Assembly (NCBI RefSeq): GCF_044704955.1
Contig: NC_091999.1
Span: 57,970,001 to 58,034,000 of the forward strand
Direction: 5' to 3'
From: Pristiophorus japonicus
Taxonomy: Eukaryota
DNA: 64,000 bases
Part shown: one piece after another, positions 23,961 through 36,259 of the stretch
Position numbering within the stretch: the stretch's first letter is position 1
Layout of the letters: each line of letters opens with the position of its first letter
Position numbers and translations under genes: made by a program
The notes under the pieces: model-generated
What the model was told of the DNA's origin: nothing
The model's input: the letters and a program-made list of their open reading frames with translations, nothing else
The model's database searches: none

Positions 23961-26911
23961 CAAAGAACAAAAAGGGCCACTGTACAGCAAAATTGTAAAA
24001 GGACAAAGGGTGTTAAAAAAAAAGCCTGAAGTCTTTGTGTCTTAATGCAAGGAGTATCCGCAATAAGGTGGATGAATTAACTGTGCAAATAGATGTTAAC
24101 AAATATGATGTGATTGGGATTACGGAGACGTGGCTCCAGGATGATCAGGGCTGGGAACTCAACATCCAGGGGTATTCAACATTCAGGAACGATAGAATAA
24201 AAGGAAAAGGAGGTGGGGTAGCATTGCTGGTTAAAGAGGAGATTAATGCAATAGGAAACACATTAGCTTAGATGATGTGGAATCTATATGGGTAGAGCTG
24301 CAGAACACTAAAGGGCAAAAAACGTTCGTGGGAGTTGTGTACAGACCTCCAAACAGTAGTAGTGATGTTGGGGAGGGCATCAAACAGGAAATTAGGGCTG
24401 CATGCAATAAAGGTGCAGCAGTTATAATGGGTGACTTTAATATGCACATAGATTGGGCTAGCCAAACTGGAAGCAATACGGTGGAGGAGGATTTCCTGGA
24501 GTGCATAAGGGATGGTTTTCTAAACCAATATGTCGAGGAACCAACTAGGGGGTTGGCCATCTTAGACTGGGTGTTGTGTAATCAGAGAGGATTAATTAGC
24601 AATCTCATTGTGCGAGGCCCCTTGGGGAAGAGTGACCATAATATGGTGGCATTCTGCATTAGGATGGAGAATGAAACAGTTAATTCAGAGAACTTAAAGA
24701 AGGGAAATTTTGAATGTATGAGGCGTGAATTGGCGAGGATAGATTGGCGAATGATACTTAAGGGGTTGACTGTGGATGGGCACTGGCAGACATTTAGAGA
24801 CCGCATGGATGAACTACAAATATTGTACATTCCTGTCCAGCGTAAAAATAAAAAAGGGAAGGTGGCTCAACCGTGGCTATCTAGGGAAATCAGGGATAGT
24901 ATTAAAGCCAAGGAAGTGGCAAACAAATTGGCCAGAAATCACAGCGAACCCGGGGACTGGGAGAAATTTAGAACTCAGCAGAGGAGGACAAAGGGTTTGA
25001 TTAGGGCAGGGAAAATGGAGTACGAGAAGTAGCTTGCAGGGAACATTAAGGCGGATTGGAAAAGTATTTATAGGTATGTAAAGAGAAAAATGTTAGTAAA
25101 GACAAACGTAGGTCCCCTGCAGTCAGAATCAGGGGAAGTCATAACGGGGAACAAAGAAATGGCAGACCAATTGAACAAGTACTTTGGTTCGGTATTCACT
25201 CAGGAGGACACAAATAACCTTCCGGATATAAAAGGGGCCAGAGGGTCTAGTAAGGAGGAGGAACTGAGGGAAATCTTTATTAGTCGGAAAATTGTGTTGG
25301 GAAAATTGATAGGGTTGAAGGCCGATAAATCCCCAGGGCCTGATGGACTGCGTCCCAGAGTACTTAAGGAGGTGGCCTTGAAAATAGCGGATGCATTGAC
25401 AGCCATTTTCCAACATTCCATTGATTCTGGATCAGTTCCTATGGAGTGGAGGGTAGCCAATGTAACCCCACTTTTAAAAAAAGGAGGGAGAGAGAAAATA
25501 GGGAATTATAGACCGGTCAGCCTGACCTCAGTCGTGGGTAAAATGATGGAATCAATTATTAAGGATGTCACAGCAGCGCATTTGGAAAATGGTGACATGA
25601 CAGGTCCAAGTCAGCATGGATTTGTGAAAGGGAAATCATGCTTGACAAATCTTCTGGAATTTTTTGAGGATGTTTCCAGTAAAGTGGACAAAGGAGAACC
25701 AGTTGATGTGGTATATTTGGACTTTCAGAAAGCTTTCGACAAGGTCCCACACAATAGATTAATGTGCAAGGTTAAAGCACATGGGATTGGGGGTAGTGTG
25801 CTGACGTGGATTGAGAACTGGTTGGCAGACAGGAAGCAAAGAGTAGGAGTAAATGGGTACTTTTCAGAATGGCAGGCAGTGACTAGTGGAGTACCGCAAG
25901 GTTCTGTGCTGGGACCCCAGCTGTTTACATTGTACATTAATGATTTAGACGAGGGGATTAAATGTAGTATCTCCAAATTTGCGGATGACACTAAGTTGGG
26001 TGGCAGTGTGAGCTGTGAGGAGGATGCTATGAGGCTGCAGAGTGACTTGGATAGGTTATGTGAGTGGGCAAATGCATGGCAGATGAAATATAATGTGGAT
26101 AAATGTGAGTTTATCCACTTTGGTAGTAAAAACAGAGGCTCAGACTATTATCTGAATGGTGACAGATTAGGAAAAGGGGAGGTGCAACGAGACCTGGGTG
26201 TCATGGTACATCAGTCATTGAAGGTTGGCATGCAGGTACAGCAGGCGGTTAAGAAAGCAAATGGCATGTTGGCCTTCATAGCGAGGGGATTTGAGTACAG
26301 TGGCAGTGAGGCGTTGCTACAGTTGTACAGGGCCTTGGTGAGGCCACACCTGGAGCATTGTGTGCAGTTTTGGTCTCCTAACTTGAGGAAGGACTTCTTT
26401 GCTATTGAGGGAGTGCAGCGAAGATTCACCAGACTGATTCCCGGGATGGTGGGACTGACCTATCAAGAAAGACTGGATCAACTGGGCTTGTATTCACTGG
26501 AGTTCAGAAGAATGAGAGGGGACCTCATAGAAACGTTTAACATTCTGACGGGTTTAGACAGTTTAGATGCAGGAAGAATGTTCCCAATGTTGGGGAAGTC
26601 CAGAACCAGGGGTCACACTCTAAGGATAAGGGGTAAGCCATTTAGGACCGAGATGAGGAGAAACTTCTTCACCCAGAGAGTGGTGAACCTGTGGAATTCT
26701 CTACCACAGAAAGTAGTTGAAGCCAATTCACTAAATATATTCAAAAGGGAGTTAGATGAAGCCCTTACTACTCGGGGGATCAAGGGGTATGGCGAGAAAG
26801 CAGGAAGGGGGTACTGAAGTTTCATGTTCAGCCATGAACTCATTGAATGGCGGTGCAGGCTAGAAGGGCTGAATGGCCTACTCCTGCACCTATTTTCTAT
26901 GTTTCTATGTT
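23961..26911 (+). mobile_element. 5'-truncated CR1 LINE with near-intact ORF2
   Basis: APE endonuclease (LNARSIRNK, ITETW, GDFN, SDH) at 24035-25032 with a frameshift and one stop, then RT, ending in a (TTTCTATG)n tail. Confidence 0.95.
25090..26817 (+). CDS. CR1 ORF2 reverse-transcriptase domain (open, 575 aa)
   Basis: Uninterrupted ORF with [36 protein letters not shown] and the CR1 C-terminus. Confidence 0.9.
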   Translation: MLVKTNVGPLQSESGEVITGNKEMADQLNKYFGSVFTQEDTNNLPDIKGARGSSKEEELREIFISRKIVLGKLIGLKADKSPGPDGLRPRVLKEVALKIADALTAIFQHSIDSGSVPMEWRVANVTPLLKKGGREKIGNYRPVSLTSVVGKMMESIIKDVTAAHLENGDMTGPSQHGFVKGKSCLTNLLEFFEDVSSKVDKGEPVDVVYLDFQKAFDKVPHNRLMCKVKAHGIGGSVLTWIENWLADRKQRVGVNGYFSEWQAVTSGVPQGSVLGPQLFTLYINDLDEGIKCSISKFADDTKLGGSVSCEEDAMRLQSDLDRLCEWANAWQMKYNVDKCEFIHFGSKNRGSDYYLNGDRLGKGEVQRDLGVMVHQSLKVGMQVQQAVKKANGMLAFIARGFEYSGSEALLQLYRALVRPHLEHCVQFWSPNLRKDFFAIEGVQRRFTRLIPGMVGLTYQERLDQLGLYSLEFRRMRGDLIETFNILTGLDSLDAGRMFPMLGKSRTRGHTLRIRGKPFRTEMRRNFFTQRVVNLWNSLPQKVVEANSLNIFKRELDEALTTRGIKGYGEKAGRGY

Positions 26912-27874
26912 TCTACCCCGTGTGATTTCATTTGACCAATCGATATGTAGATTAAAATCCCCCATGATTACTGCTGTTCCTTTTTCACATGCCTCCATTA
27001 TTCCCTTGATTATTGTCCGCTCCACCGTGAAGTTATTATTTGGGGGCCTATAAACTAAGCCCATCAGTGACTTTTTCCCCTTACTATCTCTAATCTCCAC
27101 TCACAATGATTCAACATTTTGTTCATTAGAGCCAATATCGTCTCTCACAACTGCCCTGATATCATCCTTTATTAACAGAGCTAACACCCCTCCTTTCCCG
27201 TCTTGTCTATCTTTCCGAATTGTCAGATAACCTGTATGTTTAATTCCCAGTCTTGGCCACCCTGCAACCTCGTTTCTGTAATGGCCACCAAATCATACCC
27301 ATTTGTAATGATTTGTGCCGTCAACTCATTTACATTATTTTGAATGCTGCGTGCGTTTTGGTAGAGTATTTTAATACTAATTTTTACACCATGATTTTTA
27401 GTTTTGACCCCTCCTGCAGCCCCTTTATATTCATACATATTGTTCCTTCTTATCACCTTGTGGTTTCCACTTCCACCAGTGCTACTCTGCTTTGTTGCCT
27501 CCTGGCTTTTGCATTCTTTCTTGGGGTTCTGTTCATCTGAGCTCTCACCCACTCCAGCTAGCTCAGAGACCTCTCCTGGGTACCCATCCCCCTGCCAAGC
27601 TAATTTAAAGCCCTCCCAACTGTACTTTCAAAACCACGCGCGGGAACATTGGTCCCGTCGCTGTTGAGGTGTATCCTGTCCCGACTTGCACAGGTCCCAC
27701 CTTCCCCAGAAGCGGTCCCAATTGTTCAGGAAACTAAAGCCCTCCCTCCTACACCAACGGGAGAGTGGAGAGCACCAGCTCCAAATGTCGCAGGAGAGAG
27801 AGTGGAGAGCACCAGCTCCAAATGTCACAGGATAGAGCGAGGAGAGCACCAGTTCAAACTATCACAGGACATTA

Positions 27875-27965
27875 ATATAGAACATTAATCTCCAGCGCAG
27901 ATATAGGGGTTATTAAGATCAGCAGAAACAAACAATAACTGCCAGAATGAATATGGTTCAGTGCC
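27875..27965 (-). other. Isolated copy of the ZNF 3' UTR element
   Basis: The reverse complement matches 2055-2140 (CTGAACCAT.TTCATTCTG.CAGTT...TTAATAACCC). Confidence 0.6.
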
Positions 27966-29309
27966 CAATGCAATCCCAGTAAATCCTGTTCAATTCACCA
28001 ACGCAGTATTACACTTTGAAGTGTAATTATCCGACATCACCTCCTCACCCTTCTTTTTTCTCATGCATTCAGCAGCCAGAGGCAAATCCGCAATAAATAC
28101 TGCAAAGCTCGAGCCAGAAAAAATGTAATTGCCTTTGGGAAGTGTCTGCTCTAGTTACATTAGACAATGCCATAGGAACTGTTCCTTTAACCATTCAATA
28201 TTGCCAGGTGTCTAACAGCGTCATTTATTACTGTTCACTGGGTACAATGTGCTCTGTGCACAATGTGCATGGTTGAAAGCCGGCTTTTCCCATCTGTCAA
28301 GCTCCAACTTGACAGATCCTCCACATCTCAGCAGCCAGCACATTCGGATGGGCAAGATTGCGTTATTTATCCATATCTTGCCCAGTAAATGTCCTGAAAA
28401 CTTGAACCTGATAAAAGCATTTGCATAGCCTTCTTTTAGAGGCATAGAGTTTTAAATCATAAAATTCATAGAAAAATAAAATTTAAAACACATTTTTTGT
28501 CAAAAGCCCTGCCCACTGAGGTAAGTTTATTTTAAAGTGGAAATTAAAAAAAACTTTTAAAAATTTGGAAAGTTTTTTTTAATTGGACAAAAATAGCTTT
28601 AATTTAAATAAATATTAAATATGTGGTGTATTTTCTATTTTTTTCTTTTTGTTTTGATGTTTGGCGGGTGTGTTTCTCAATCATAATAATCGGAATACCA
28701 ACTTATGGAGTTCCCATTATTTTAAATGAGAAAATATTGTATCGTGATTGGCTGCCCAGGGCCATGTGATTCCAGCTCAAGCTTATGGACGTTAAGACGT
28801 GCACGCCTCCGCTGCACAGCGTGGAGGCCTCAAGGCCTGAATTGATGGTAGTCGCAGCATTTGAAGGTCGTTCTGCAACTTTTAAAATTTTTTAGTCAAT
28901 CGCCTTCGGGAAGACCTCGACTGGGATTTCTAGGCCATTATTAAAAAAGAATGTAAAGATTGCAGTTGCGACTGTGTTTGCTGACAGAAATTTCGATGTA
29001 CCACATGGTCGAGACCGTGCCTGTGATTGTATCAAAACCTAATGTGCAGCGTCAGGAAAACATTGTGCCAATTTGGAACAGTAAGAGGAGGGCAGACCTT
29101 CCAATGATGAAGTTTCTTCTTGAGAACTTAACTTTGGTATTTTTTGCCCAAGAGCGCACACTTTAATAGGTTTAAAGTCCATGTTAAGAAAATACACAAA
29201 GGAATGTATTACACATTTGTTCGTGTTCCTTTGTGAACTTTGCTGACCTGACGATTTGCCAGATCATTTTGCATTATCCTTTGATTTCCTCAGGGTTAAA
29301 ATGGAGTAG

Positions 29310-29765
29310 GGAGTGGCCTCGTGTCAGACAGAGAGATTAAAGCTTGAGTAGAGTGGGCCTATATTCTCTGGAGTTTAGAGGAATTAGGTGATCCCATTGA
29401 AATGGGGACAATTTTAAGAGGGCTTGGCAGTGTCGATGATGAGAGGATGATTACCCTCGCTGAAATTCTAGAACGAGGGTTGATAGACCCAGCATAACGG
29501 GTCAGCCATTTAGGACTGAGATGAGGAGGGATTACTTCACTCAGAAGATGGTGAATATTTTGAATTTTTATGTTCCCGGGGGCTGTGGAGGCTCAGTCGT
29601 TGTATATTCGAGGCAGAGGCCAATAGATTTTTGGGCTCAAAACGAATATGGCGATGGGAAGTGGAGATGATGTACAAGTTCAGCCATGACCTTATTGACC
29701 GGCAAAGCAGGCTGGAAGGGCTACCTGACCTTCTCCTGCACATATTTCTTACGTTCTTATGTTCT
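29310..29765 (+). mobile_element. Old CR1 3' fragment
   Basis: Degenerate GGCCTATATTCTCTGGAGTTTAGA...TTTAGGACTGAGATGAGGAG and a TTCTTATG tail. Confidence 0.8.
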
Positions 29766-29957
29766 TCAGAGGAAACTAGTCACGGACGAAGGGGGCAGTC
29801 TTGAAGGGAGCAGCAGTGCAAAGCTGGCAATAGCGAATCGGCTGCACATTTTACAAGGCCGACAAAGACCAATGTCATGACAGAATGTTAGACCGAAGAA
29901 AAGAAAGACACCAAGATATAATCCGAGTAGTAATTGAAGCCGACTCTTAAAGCTTTC

Positions 29958-30865
29958 CTAGTTTACTAACATTACAATTCGATTGCAAAAATATTTTGCC
30001 GCATGCTTTAACTCCTCCCTGAATTTTTTCTGAGTCACTTCATAAATAGACGTGTTGGTGCAGCAACTTAGGAGCTGGAGCATGTTTCCCCTTTCCTGGC
30101 GAATGAACCTGGGGTCATTGAAATTGGAACCTGCGAAATAAGATTCGTTTGTAATTTTCACATACAAGAAATCTACAACATACGTCATCCATAACAGGAT
30201 AAAACTGCCCGAGATGGTGAAGAGTAAAATGATGGACTTTCTGCGCCTCTCCATCTCTGGATCACTCTCATTCTTTCCATTGATGTGGGCCCGGAGCCTC
30301 CTGCGGGCTCTGTTGGCTCCTACAATGTCTCTGACGGTCAGAGCATTCAGCAGCAAGATCAGGAAGAACGGGAGGCCTGGGTTTAAAAGACGAGCAAACC
30401 AATCATACGCTGTCCACGCGAGTGAAGTGTAGAAGCTGGATTTAATATTACAAAACCAAGGGACCTTGTTGATTATATCGAGTGGTTCGTATATAAAGTA
30501 CCAGCGAACGCTTTTTAAACAGCTCAGTAAACAGACCGTTCATATAACCACAGCCGCTGTTTTCTCGGTGCAATAATTTGTTTTCAGCTTCTGGCAACAA
30601 ATGGCTACAAATCGATCAAAGATGAAAGCGACCGTTAATCAGACCGAACTCTCCGTGGCTGCATACATTACCACAGTACTAAGAGTACACGCCGGGGTCA
30701 GGGACAAGAAACTAACTGGAAAATAAATGCCACTATTCCGATTGAATATCACAGCTGTGATAACGACCAGAAGATCCGTCACCGCCATGGACACAAGGTA
30801 CCGAGTGATACATCTGGAGAGACCGCACCTTCCTCGGGACAGGATCACAATTGCCACTAAATTAA
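29958..30865 (-). pseudogene. GPR139-like class A GPCR main exon, pseudogene
   Basis: After acceptor CTCAG the reading is VNLVAIVILSRGRCGLSRCITRYLVSMAVTDLL...SV*LTVAFIFDRFVAICCQKLKT.YCTEKTAAVVI*...DPEMERRRKSIILLF...LLSCCTNTSIY. It has two in-frame stops and a frame change before TM5. Exon 1 was not identified. Confidence 0.85.
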
Positions 30866-31531
30866 CTGAGAGTAAGAAGAAAGTTAACATTGGGAAGCTA
30901 CCAGTCAAAGTCTCAGCAAACACCTAAGTGTGACAGTTATTCTGTGACATTTTGAGACTTCATCCAACCACATCAGAACACCGTTTACAAAATATACCCC
31001 AAAAAATATTAGTGCGTTTCCAGTGTCACCTGTATCTCGACATTACTCGCGATAATTAGTTGTCAACTGTAGGATACAGTATAATATAACAGGAAAGTAG
31101 CTTCAAAATATAATCGTCAGTATTAATAACTTTGTATTATGAGAATGTATTATTTGATAGAGCCGACCACGGTTTAGATGTGGCCATTGGGATACTGCAT
31201 GATAATACTCAGTAAGCAGGAGGATTCATGTTAATGCAATTTAAGGAGCATCAAAGGGTATGTGTAAGAATTCTCGCTTGTATGGAGCTAACACGCCTCC
31301 AAACTGTTCTAGATTCTGTTGATATCTGATCTTTATAACCAAACAAACTCGATATCTTCAACACAAACACAACTCTAATCCCAGCGAGACTGGAGTGTCT
31401 ATGGTGCCACACTTCCATTTACAGGTGATGTGGCACATGACAACAGAAACACGACATGAGAATAATCTCAGAATTGATAGGTTCACAGCTACTGATCTCA
31501 CATCTAGGTGTATAAATCGGCAAAAGCTCAC

Positions 31532-33352
31532 GGAGCGAAATTGCCCTGCACCCTGATTGGTGTTGGTAACCTGCTGGGGTTGGGACGTCCTGCTCCCAGT
31601 GTGGAAGTCCCACCCCGATTGCTGAATTGTGCTTATTGCCGCTCAAATGAAATGGAGTGCAAACTCGCGCATTCCACTTACTTTAGAGGCGGTACCAGCA
31701 GCGCTAACAGGGTGAGTAGTGCAGTGCTACACAGATGCTCCACATAACGCTGATGCGGTTTAATGCCCCTACCCTTCGCCTAAAGCGGACGGCCTCTGTG
31801 CACTTTGCAAACCTCTGGTGGTCTCCACTAAACCGCCAGGACAGCGTGGAACCGGCCCTGCAGCCCGGCACCCAAAAGAGAATAACGGGCTCCACGATGG
31901 TGGCTCGGACCATAAGAACATAAGAACATAAAAAATATGAACAGAAGTAGGTTATACGGCCCCTCGAGCCTGCTTTGTCATTCAATAAGTTCATGGCTGA
32001 TCTGATCATGGACTCAACTCCACATCACCACCCGCTCCCCATAACCCCTTATCCCCTTATCGTTTAAGAAACTGTCTATTTCTGAATTTAAATTATTCAG
32101 TACCCCAGCTTCCACAGCTCTCTGAGGCAGCGAAGTCCATAGATTTACAACCATCTGTAAGAATAAATTCCTCCTCATCTTTGTTTTAAATCGGCGGCCC
32201 CTTATTCTAAGATCATACCCCCTAGTTCAAGTCTCCCCCATCAGTGGAAACAGTCTCTCTGCATGCATTTTGTCAAACCCGCTCATAATCGTATACGTTT
32301 CGATCAGATCACCTCTCCTTCTTCTGAACTCCATAGACTATAGGGCCAACCTTCTCAGCCTTTCCTCATAAATCAACTCCAGAATTCCCGGAAGCAACCT
32401 AGTGAACCTTCTCTGAACTGCCTGCAAAGCAATGATACCCTTCCGTATATATGGAAACCAAATCTGCACACATTATTCCAGGAGAGGCCTCACCAAAACT
32501 TTTTATAGCTGTAGCAAGCCTTCCCTGTTTTTATACTCCATCCCCTTTGCAATAAAGGCCAAGATACCATTGGCCTTACTGATCACTTGCTGCACCTGCG
32601 TACTATCCTTTTGTATTTCATGTACAATTACGCCCAGGTCCCGTGGACTGCGGCACTTTGCAATCTTTTGCCATTCAAATAATGACTTGCTCTTTGATTT
32701 TTTTCGGCCAAACCCTCTCACACTTTCGAACATTTTAGTCCATCTGCCAAATGTTTTGTCCACTCACTTAGCCTTTCAATTTTCTTTGCAGATTTTTGTG
32801 TCCCACTCACACATTTGTTTTCCTCCCATCTTTGTATCGTCAGCAAACGTGGTTACGTTACACTCAGTCCTTTCTTTGAAGTCATGAACATAGATTGTAA
32901 ATAGTTGGGGTCCCAGCGTGATCCCTGCATCACCCCACTAGTTACTGGTTGCCAACCAGAGAATGAACTATTCATCCCGACACTCTGTTCTCTGCTTGTT
33001 AGCCAATCCTCTTTACATGTCACAACCAAGTGAACTTTATCTTGTGCAGTACCTTTGACCATGCCAGATGGGTACATGTAGAGCCAACCCGAGAGTCGGC
33101 AAAACGAGGAAGATGATGTCGCCGGTCTCTGGCGACATTACTTTTAACTTCTGGCTGCAGCGGAAGTCAGAAGCTGGGGTTGGCACCCGCTCGCGCCAGC
33201 CTTGCGGGAAGCGTTCTCCAAATTCCCGTGCAATTTACCAAGAGCCAGGAGAGCCCCCATCACCCCACCTCCACCCCTTGCGAAAATAGTATTTTGCCCC
33301 GTTGGCACCCCTGGAGGCACTAACGGGCCTCTAAAAAGGGCAATTTGGCCCC
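31532..33352. mobile_element. Probable non-autonomous DNA transposon (PIF/Harbinger-like TIRs) interrupted by a CR1
   Basis: GGAGCGAAATTGCCC at 31532 and GGGCAATTTGGCCCC ending at 33352 form an imperfect 15-bp inverted pair with GC-rich arms. No clear TSD. Confidence 0.45.
31912..33060 (-). mobile_element. CR1 3' fragment (degenerate)
   Basis: (CATAAGAA)n tail at 31912; QVQQVISKANGILAFIAKGMEYK. Confidence 0.88.
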
Positions 33353-35284
33353 AGCAGTTGTCCTTTGGGACTCCTTGCTGAGAATGATCCTGGGTTGATC
33401 CATAGTTCTTATAAACCGGTGGGTATCCTACTAGTAAGTGTAGAAGTATGACATTCTTGTATGTTCTGTCAAGATTAATAAAGTAAACAAGTTCGAGAAT
33501 ACATGTGGTTATAGATTTTCGATATATATATGTAGATAGAGAAATGGGAGGGGGAATGTGTGCGCGAATGCTCTGTTCAAGAGAGGATGGATCCTTATAC
33601 TTTATTAAGAGTGTAGCATCGGCTGCGTTTCATTTCCATTTACTTCAATGTTGAACACAAACAGCGATCATTATAATGGGCAAAGTCGATGAAAATATAT
33701 TGGTGTGCAAAAGGGGCTGAGATTGCCTGCGAGACATTTTTTGGCTGGCAGCAAAAGTAGGAATCAACCCAGTCCTACAATACTGATTCAGTATTATTAT
33801 TCCTAGTTAAATAGAAACCGTTACTGAATTTGAGGAAAATAGTTGGTTGAAGATTTGGCGATTTTGTATCGTGTAAAGTAAGCTGCTGTGTAACACCAAA
33901 CTAAAGCGCTATAACACCCTTTATGCCGGAATTGTGTAAGTAAATAGCAATGATTACAGTTAGCAGTTTCTATTAATGTAATGAAATAAATTCGCACACA
34001 CATTTGCCAAAATATAAAAATGGAAAGTCACTTTCCTTTAGACACCAAGAGCAAGCATAAATATGTTTAGCATATTATTATTCAAGATTGCAATCGATAG
34101 ATTTTTGCATATTGAAGGTATCAAGTGATATGGTGATAGTACGGAAAGGTCGAGTTGAAGTCGAATATCAGTGCTGTTGCTGTGATTTTGAAGCAACGGC
34201 CTCATTTAAGCCAGGCCGGCAATTCGGGTCGCCAAACAGGTGTCCCGATGCTGCTCCTGGATTGAGATCTCCCAATATCCGGACCCTACATTCCACGTGA
34301 ATTTCCTGTTCATCACTCTTTCTATCTCAATTTTTTCTCAGAGTTTTGTGTCACACTCAATTCGATGCGAACATATTTTAGATGGAAATTTCATGCAGCT
34401 TACTGTTTTATATCAAACGTTCATCTATCACTAAAATATTATAGCTTCTCTTTGCAACTAAATATAATATTTACAAGACAAAAACATCAAACTTATTCAA
34501 AGTTTATTTAATTATGCGTGGCTACTAATGTACGGTTATTAAATAAATCTTAGCCAAAAACTTGTTTTGTTCTACTGGCCTACGACGAGGCCCTGTGCCC
34601 AACTCTCAACCTCACGACCGTTTCAAGACCTGTTCCAGCTTCCCCGATGTATGCCGACCCCTCCAACTCCCTCCACGGTCAGTATGCCGTGATCCATGTT
34701 AAATTCTAATTCTGTCTACTTAGCCTCAACGATTTTCCTGTCAAACCCATCACTTCTCGGTTATCTAGCCCGGTTTTATGCTGAACGAGCAAGCAGCATG
34801 TCTTCCCTGCCATCTTCCTTGCTCATCCACTTCTGGCCATCAGGAGTGTCTCAGAATCGAGCATCGCGAAATTACCCATTAACACTAAGCAGCCATACCT
34901 GAACAACGTTCTATCCAGTAAATAAACTATTCACCTTATTTGATAGTGATACTGACTCTCTCAATTAATAATTATTGTAAAAATTAAACATAATCACTTA
35001 AGTTAACTTACCCGATAAATGTAATCATTGATTGAATCATTGATTTAACAACCTCACTTTAAAAATTCTATCCGATACATGTGATCGTTCTCGTCTGATC
35101 TCTACATTGGTTTACAAAATGTTGTCTGTATTCAGTTTATATTCAGTCTTTCATTATCAGCAACGCAATCCTTTCCGCCAGGAAACCCACTAGAAGCCGA
35201 CGAAAGATCCAATTTAAAGGCCACAATTAACGCATTATGAGAAATAATAATAAAAAGTGGGTAGCAAAAATGAACCAAAACCCT

Positions 35285-35415
35285 CTGAAATGAAACTGCA
35301 AATGCTGCAGCTCTGAAAATAAACCACTGAGATGGAAATGCACAACAACTCAATCAGCATCTGTAAAGAACACAGAAAGAATCTGGCTTCGGTTGCAGGC
35401 CCTTCACCAGAAATG
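35285..35415 (-). mobile_element. Possible Penelope-like terminal-repeat remnant
   Basis: AAACTGCAAATGCTG...CAGCATCTGT...CCCTTCACCAGAA resembles the common shark Penelope-type repeat as I recall it. The hammerhead-like core is decayed (CTGGTGA...GAAGC on the minus strand). Confidence 0.35.
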
Positions 35416-35664
35416 ATAAATTCCTCACCAATGACCTACACATCAACCCTTACATGTCGAATGCTCCTTACATTCGGGGACACACCTGTTATTCATGTGC
35501 AACATTTCCATGTTGTCATTTCATGCATACTGCACGACAACGAAAATATTGGAGATTGCAATCCCCAATAAAAGTAGCAACTAATTAAATAGGGATAAAC
35601 CCCGAGATTTTATCTCTACTGGAATAGAAAATAAAAGCCAAGAGATAATAATGAAACTATATAA

Positions 35665-36120
35665 GAAAAGAAATTGCATTTATATTGCGCATTTAACGAA
35701 GTAAAGCGTCCCAAGACGCTTCACAGGAGTATCATAATGAGCCAAATATTCGGAACGATAACCAAATACTTGATCAGAGAGATAGGTTTAAGGAACGTCT
35801 TTCATGACGAGAGAGAGATAGCACGGTTCTAGAGAGAATTCCAGAGCTTAACGACTAGGGAGCTGAAGGCATGGCCACCAATGGTGGAATGAAGAACATT
35901 GGGGATGGGGGACAGGCCATAATTCAAGGAATGCATTCATGATCAAAGATAGTAGGGCTGAAGGAGGTTACAAAGTCTGGAGGTGTGGTGCAATGGAAGG
36001 ATTCGACCAAGGCTGATAACGTTCAAATCAAAGCGTTGTTCGACCAGGAACTCGTGTAGGTCAGCAAGCACAGGGCATGATGGATGAAACGGATGGTGGG
36101 AGTTAGTATACGGACAGCAT
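35665..36120 (-). mobile_element. L2-type LINE 3' fragment
   Basis: TTGCATTTATATTGCGC...CCCAAGACGCTTCACAGG and GAATTCCAGAGCTT...GCTGAAGGCATGGCCACCAATGGTGG are typical reversed L2 3' sequence. Confidence 0.6.
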
Positions 36121-36259
36121 GGTTAACGAAATTTAGTTAAGAATACGGTATGAAGTATTGCAGCATCGGAAGGATAGTGAGGCAATAGAGAGAGCAAATC
36201 ACGCGATGCTGATTGGCATGATGAGATACAAATATCAATAAATCTTCCAATTTTAATAT

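Larger units (their letters stand above)
21510..27770 (-). mobile_element. Long CR1 LINE (ORF1 esterase end, endonuclease, RT, 3' tail) interrupted by a second CR1
   Basis: (AAGAACAT)n tail at 21510. RT motifs [26 protein letters not shown] and KFADD. The endonuclease reading GDFNLHIDWSNEITRGS|LEEEFIECIRD is split across 26912/23960. ORF1 WCRREGFSFLNNWDRFWGRWDL at ~27700. Confidence 0.9.

Noticed and set aside
21187-26911. ~320-bp inverted repeats suggesting a large TIR element
   Set aside because: Both arms are CR1 3' ends of one subfamily inserted independently in opposite orientations.
28060-28940. Possible MITE or DNA-transposon remnant
   Set aside because: The composition is suggestive, but I could not define TIRs or a TSD.
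31020-31200. Possible exon 1 of the GPR139-like gene
   Set aside because: No open reading with the expected YYP...GVP motif and donor could be reconstructed.
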